Assembly: GCA_038087875.1 (NCBI GenBank)
Contig: CM075989.1
Location: forward strand, 21,144,001-21,208,000
From: Malacoraja senta
Taxonomy: Eukaryota
Length of the DNA: 64,000 nucleotides
Direction: 5' to 3'
A model generated the notes under the pieces. That model was not told the origin of the DNA and made no database searches. It saw nothing but the letters and a program-made list of their open reading frames with translations. The translations under genes and the position numbers were made by a program. Each line of letters begins with the position of its first letter. The stretch's first letter is position 1. Below are positions 61,731-64,000 of the stretch, piece after piece.

Positions 61731-61898
61731 CAATAAGCTAAATGGAGACACAAGGAACAGCAGCTAGTGAAATCTTGATTAAAAGACAAAGTGCTGGAGT
61801 AACTCGGTGGGTCAGGCAGCATACTGTATGTGGAGGGAATGGATAGGCAAAGTTTCACTTTCTAATCCTTCTTGAAACAATAGTAAATAGTAATAGGA

Positions 61899-62130
61899 TG
61901 GCACAGTGGCGCAGCGGTATAGTTGCCAGAGACCCGGGTTCGATCCTGACTACGGGTGCTGTCTGTACGGAGTTTGTACGTTCTCCCCGTGACCACGTGA
62001 GTTTTCTCCGAGATCTTCGGTTTCCTCTCACATCCCAAAGGCGTACAGGTTTGTAGGTTAATTGGCTTTTGTAAATTGTCCCGAGGGTGTAGGATAGTCT
62101 TGGTGTACGGCATGATCGCTGGTCGGCGTT
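61899..62130 (+). mobile_element. HE1-like SINE
   Basis: Head, B box and core. Confidence 0.85.
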
Positions 62131-62525
62131 GTGGCAATGGGAATTATAAAAAGTGAGGAGAATAACATGGAGAGATTAATGTAACAAAATGGGTACTTGA
62201 AACTCTGCACAGACTCTGTGGGCTGATGGGCCTCGCTCTGCAGATTTGGTGATGCCTGGTAAGATAGTGACATTTAAGAGACTATTGTTTTGGCACATGG
62301 ATATGCAGGGAATGGAGGGATGTGGATCATGTGCAGGCAGATAAGAGTTGGTCTTGCCATCATGTTCGGCATGGACATTGTGGGCCGAAGGGCCTGTTCC
62401 TGTGCTGTTCTATTCTATGTTCTAACTCTATGATTAAATTATTTGATGACATCCAGTAGTCTGATATTACTGACATTTGTATATATTAGCCTATAATGGA
62501 TTTGTTGTACTCAGTTAAAGAAGGG

Positions 62526-62810
62526 GTGGCACTGTGGCTCAGTTGCTGCCTCACAGCGGCAGGGACCCGGGTTCGATCCTGACCGCGGGTGCTGCCTGCA
62601 CAGAGTTTGTACGTTTTCCCTGTGACCGCGTGGGTTTTCATCGGGTGCTCCGGTTTCCTCCCACATTCCAGAGACGTGCAAGTTTGTAGGTTAATTGGCT
62701 TCTGTAAATTATCCCCAGTGTGTACAATAGTGTTAAGTGTACGGGATGATGGCTGGTCAGCTCAGACTTGGTGGACCAAAGGGCCTGTTTCCACACTGCA
62801 TCTCTAACTA
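62526..62810 (+). mobile_element. HE1-like SINE
   Basis: Full length; a MITE sits in its tail. Confidence 0.85.
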
Positions 62811-62813
62811 TAA

Positions 62814-63187
62814 AGCCCCTGTCCCACTTAGGAGACCTAAACAGCAACCTCTGGTGACCTTGCCCACCACCCAAAAAAAAAATCAAGGTCGAGGTGACCT
62901 GGAACCTCCTACCACCTCCCACCCATATGTTGAAAACCTTCCTCGACTGTGAAGAAAACCGGCTTCGACTAGACCTGTGACTAAAATATTATCGATTTTT
63001 AAAACGGCAACCGGTTTTAATCCTGATGAAAAAATAGCAGCAACCTAGATGAAGCCTCGACCACGCGGAAACCACTTTTGACCATTAGGGAGAGTGACCA
63101 AAACCTACGGTGACCTCATGGAAACCTTGGGTGGCGGGCAAGGTCACCAGAGGTTGCTGTTTAGGTCTCCTAAGTGGGACAGGGGTA
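62814..63187. mobile_element. PIF/Harbinger-type MITE (family F)
   Basis: ~60-bp near-perfect TIRs CCCCTGTCCCACTTAGGAGACCTAAACAGCAACCTCTGGTGACCTTGCCC; left flank TAA, right TSD not preserved. Confidence 0.85.
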
Positions 63188-63535
63188 CTTTTGACTTTTG
63201 CACTATTACTGTCTATTTAAAAAAATATATACTGAACTTTTTTCGTAGTCTATTCTGTATTTTACAGAGTACTATATTTGCCAATCCATTGTGCTGCTGC
63301 AAGTAAGAATTTCATTGTTCTGTTTCTGGACACATGACGACTCTTGACTCATGACTACCTGTAACTAATGAGATCAAATCTCTACAGCTCGGCTGCAATT
63401 CATGAATAAATACGTTGAATCAATGGAAGCAACAGGAAGGTGTGAATTTTGTATTCGGTTAATTACTAATTCAATCCTAATCTGCTCCCTCTCTCACCAT
63501 GTCTAACACCTTGTCACAGTTTACACAACTTGGTG

Positions 63536-63840
63536 GTCATGGTGGTGCAGCGGTAGAGTTGCTGCCTTACAGCGCTTGCAACGGTTCGATCCCGACTACA
63601 GGTGCTGTCTGTACGGAGTTTGTACGTTCTCCCCGTGACCTGCGTGAGTTTTCTCCAAGATCTTCGGTTTCCTCCTACACTCCAAAGATGTTCAGGTTTG
63701 TAGGCTAATAGGCTCGGTGTAAGTGTAAATTGTCCCTAGTGTGTGTCGGGTAGCGTTAGTGTGCGGGGATCGCTGGTCGGCACGGACTCGGTGGGCCGAA
63801 GGGCTTGTTTCCGCACTGTATCTCTAAACTAAATTAAACC
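63536..63840 (+). mobile_element. HE1-like SINE
   Basis: Full length. Confidence 0.9.
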
Positions 63841-64000
63841 ATGCTAAACGAAAGCATCACTGAGATAGAATGTGAATGTTAAGCACATGCTCATAGTTTA
63901 TAGCAAGGAGTCACACATGCACTATAAAAAGATCAATACACAGTCAAACAGTACAATCTGTCTCTTAGTTCACTCACAAGAAAGACTTAGATAACTCACA

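Overview
Repeat-dense, non-coding vertebrate DNA. The repeat complement (HE1-type tRNA/V-SINEs, HER1/CR1 LINE ends, Penelope-like elements) points to a cartilaginous fish, most likely a skate or ray (inference). I found no host protein-coding exon; the recognisable ORFs are TE fragments or microsatellite artefacts. Contents: about 30 HE1-like SINE copies, over 20 CR1 3' fragments, one young 1.55-kb Rex1/Babar RT fragment plus many Rex-type 3' ends, RTE fragments, eight PIF/Harbinger-type MITEs (TWA TSD), and many short, often fold-back Penelope derivatives carrying a minimal hammerhead ribozyme core. TE-free, TAAT-rich blocks between them look like conserved non-coding elements. Highlights: (1) an LTR end + PBS + extended tRNA-Leu copy captured inside a SINE, whose single mismatch falls at tRNA position 58 (m1A), a candidate fossil of RT read-through; (2) hammerhead-bearing Penelope mini-elements with 9-15 bp TSDs; (3) a ~180-bp Vingi-like and a 264-bp RTE-like bipartite retroposon; (4) a palindrome and an internal module shared between MITE families; (5) several short dispersed duplications of non-TE sequence. 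Family names rest on recalled motifs, not database searches; degraded-repeat boundaries are approximate (about 10-20 bp).
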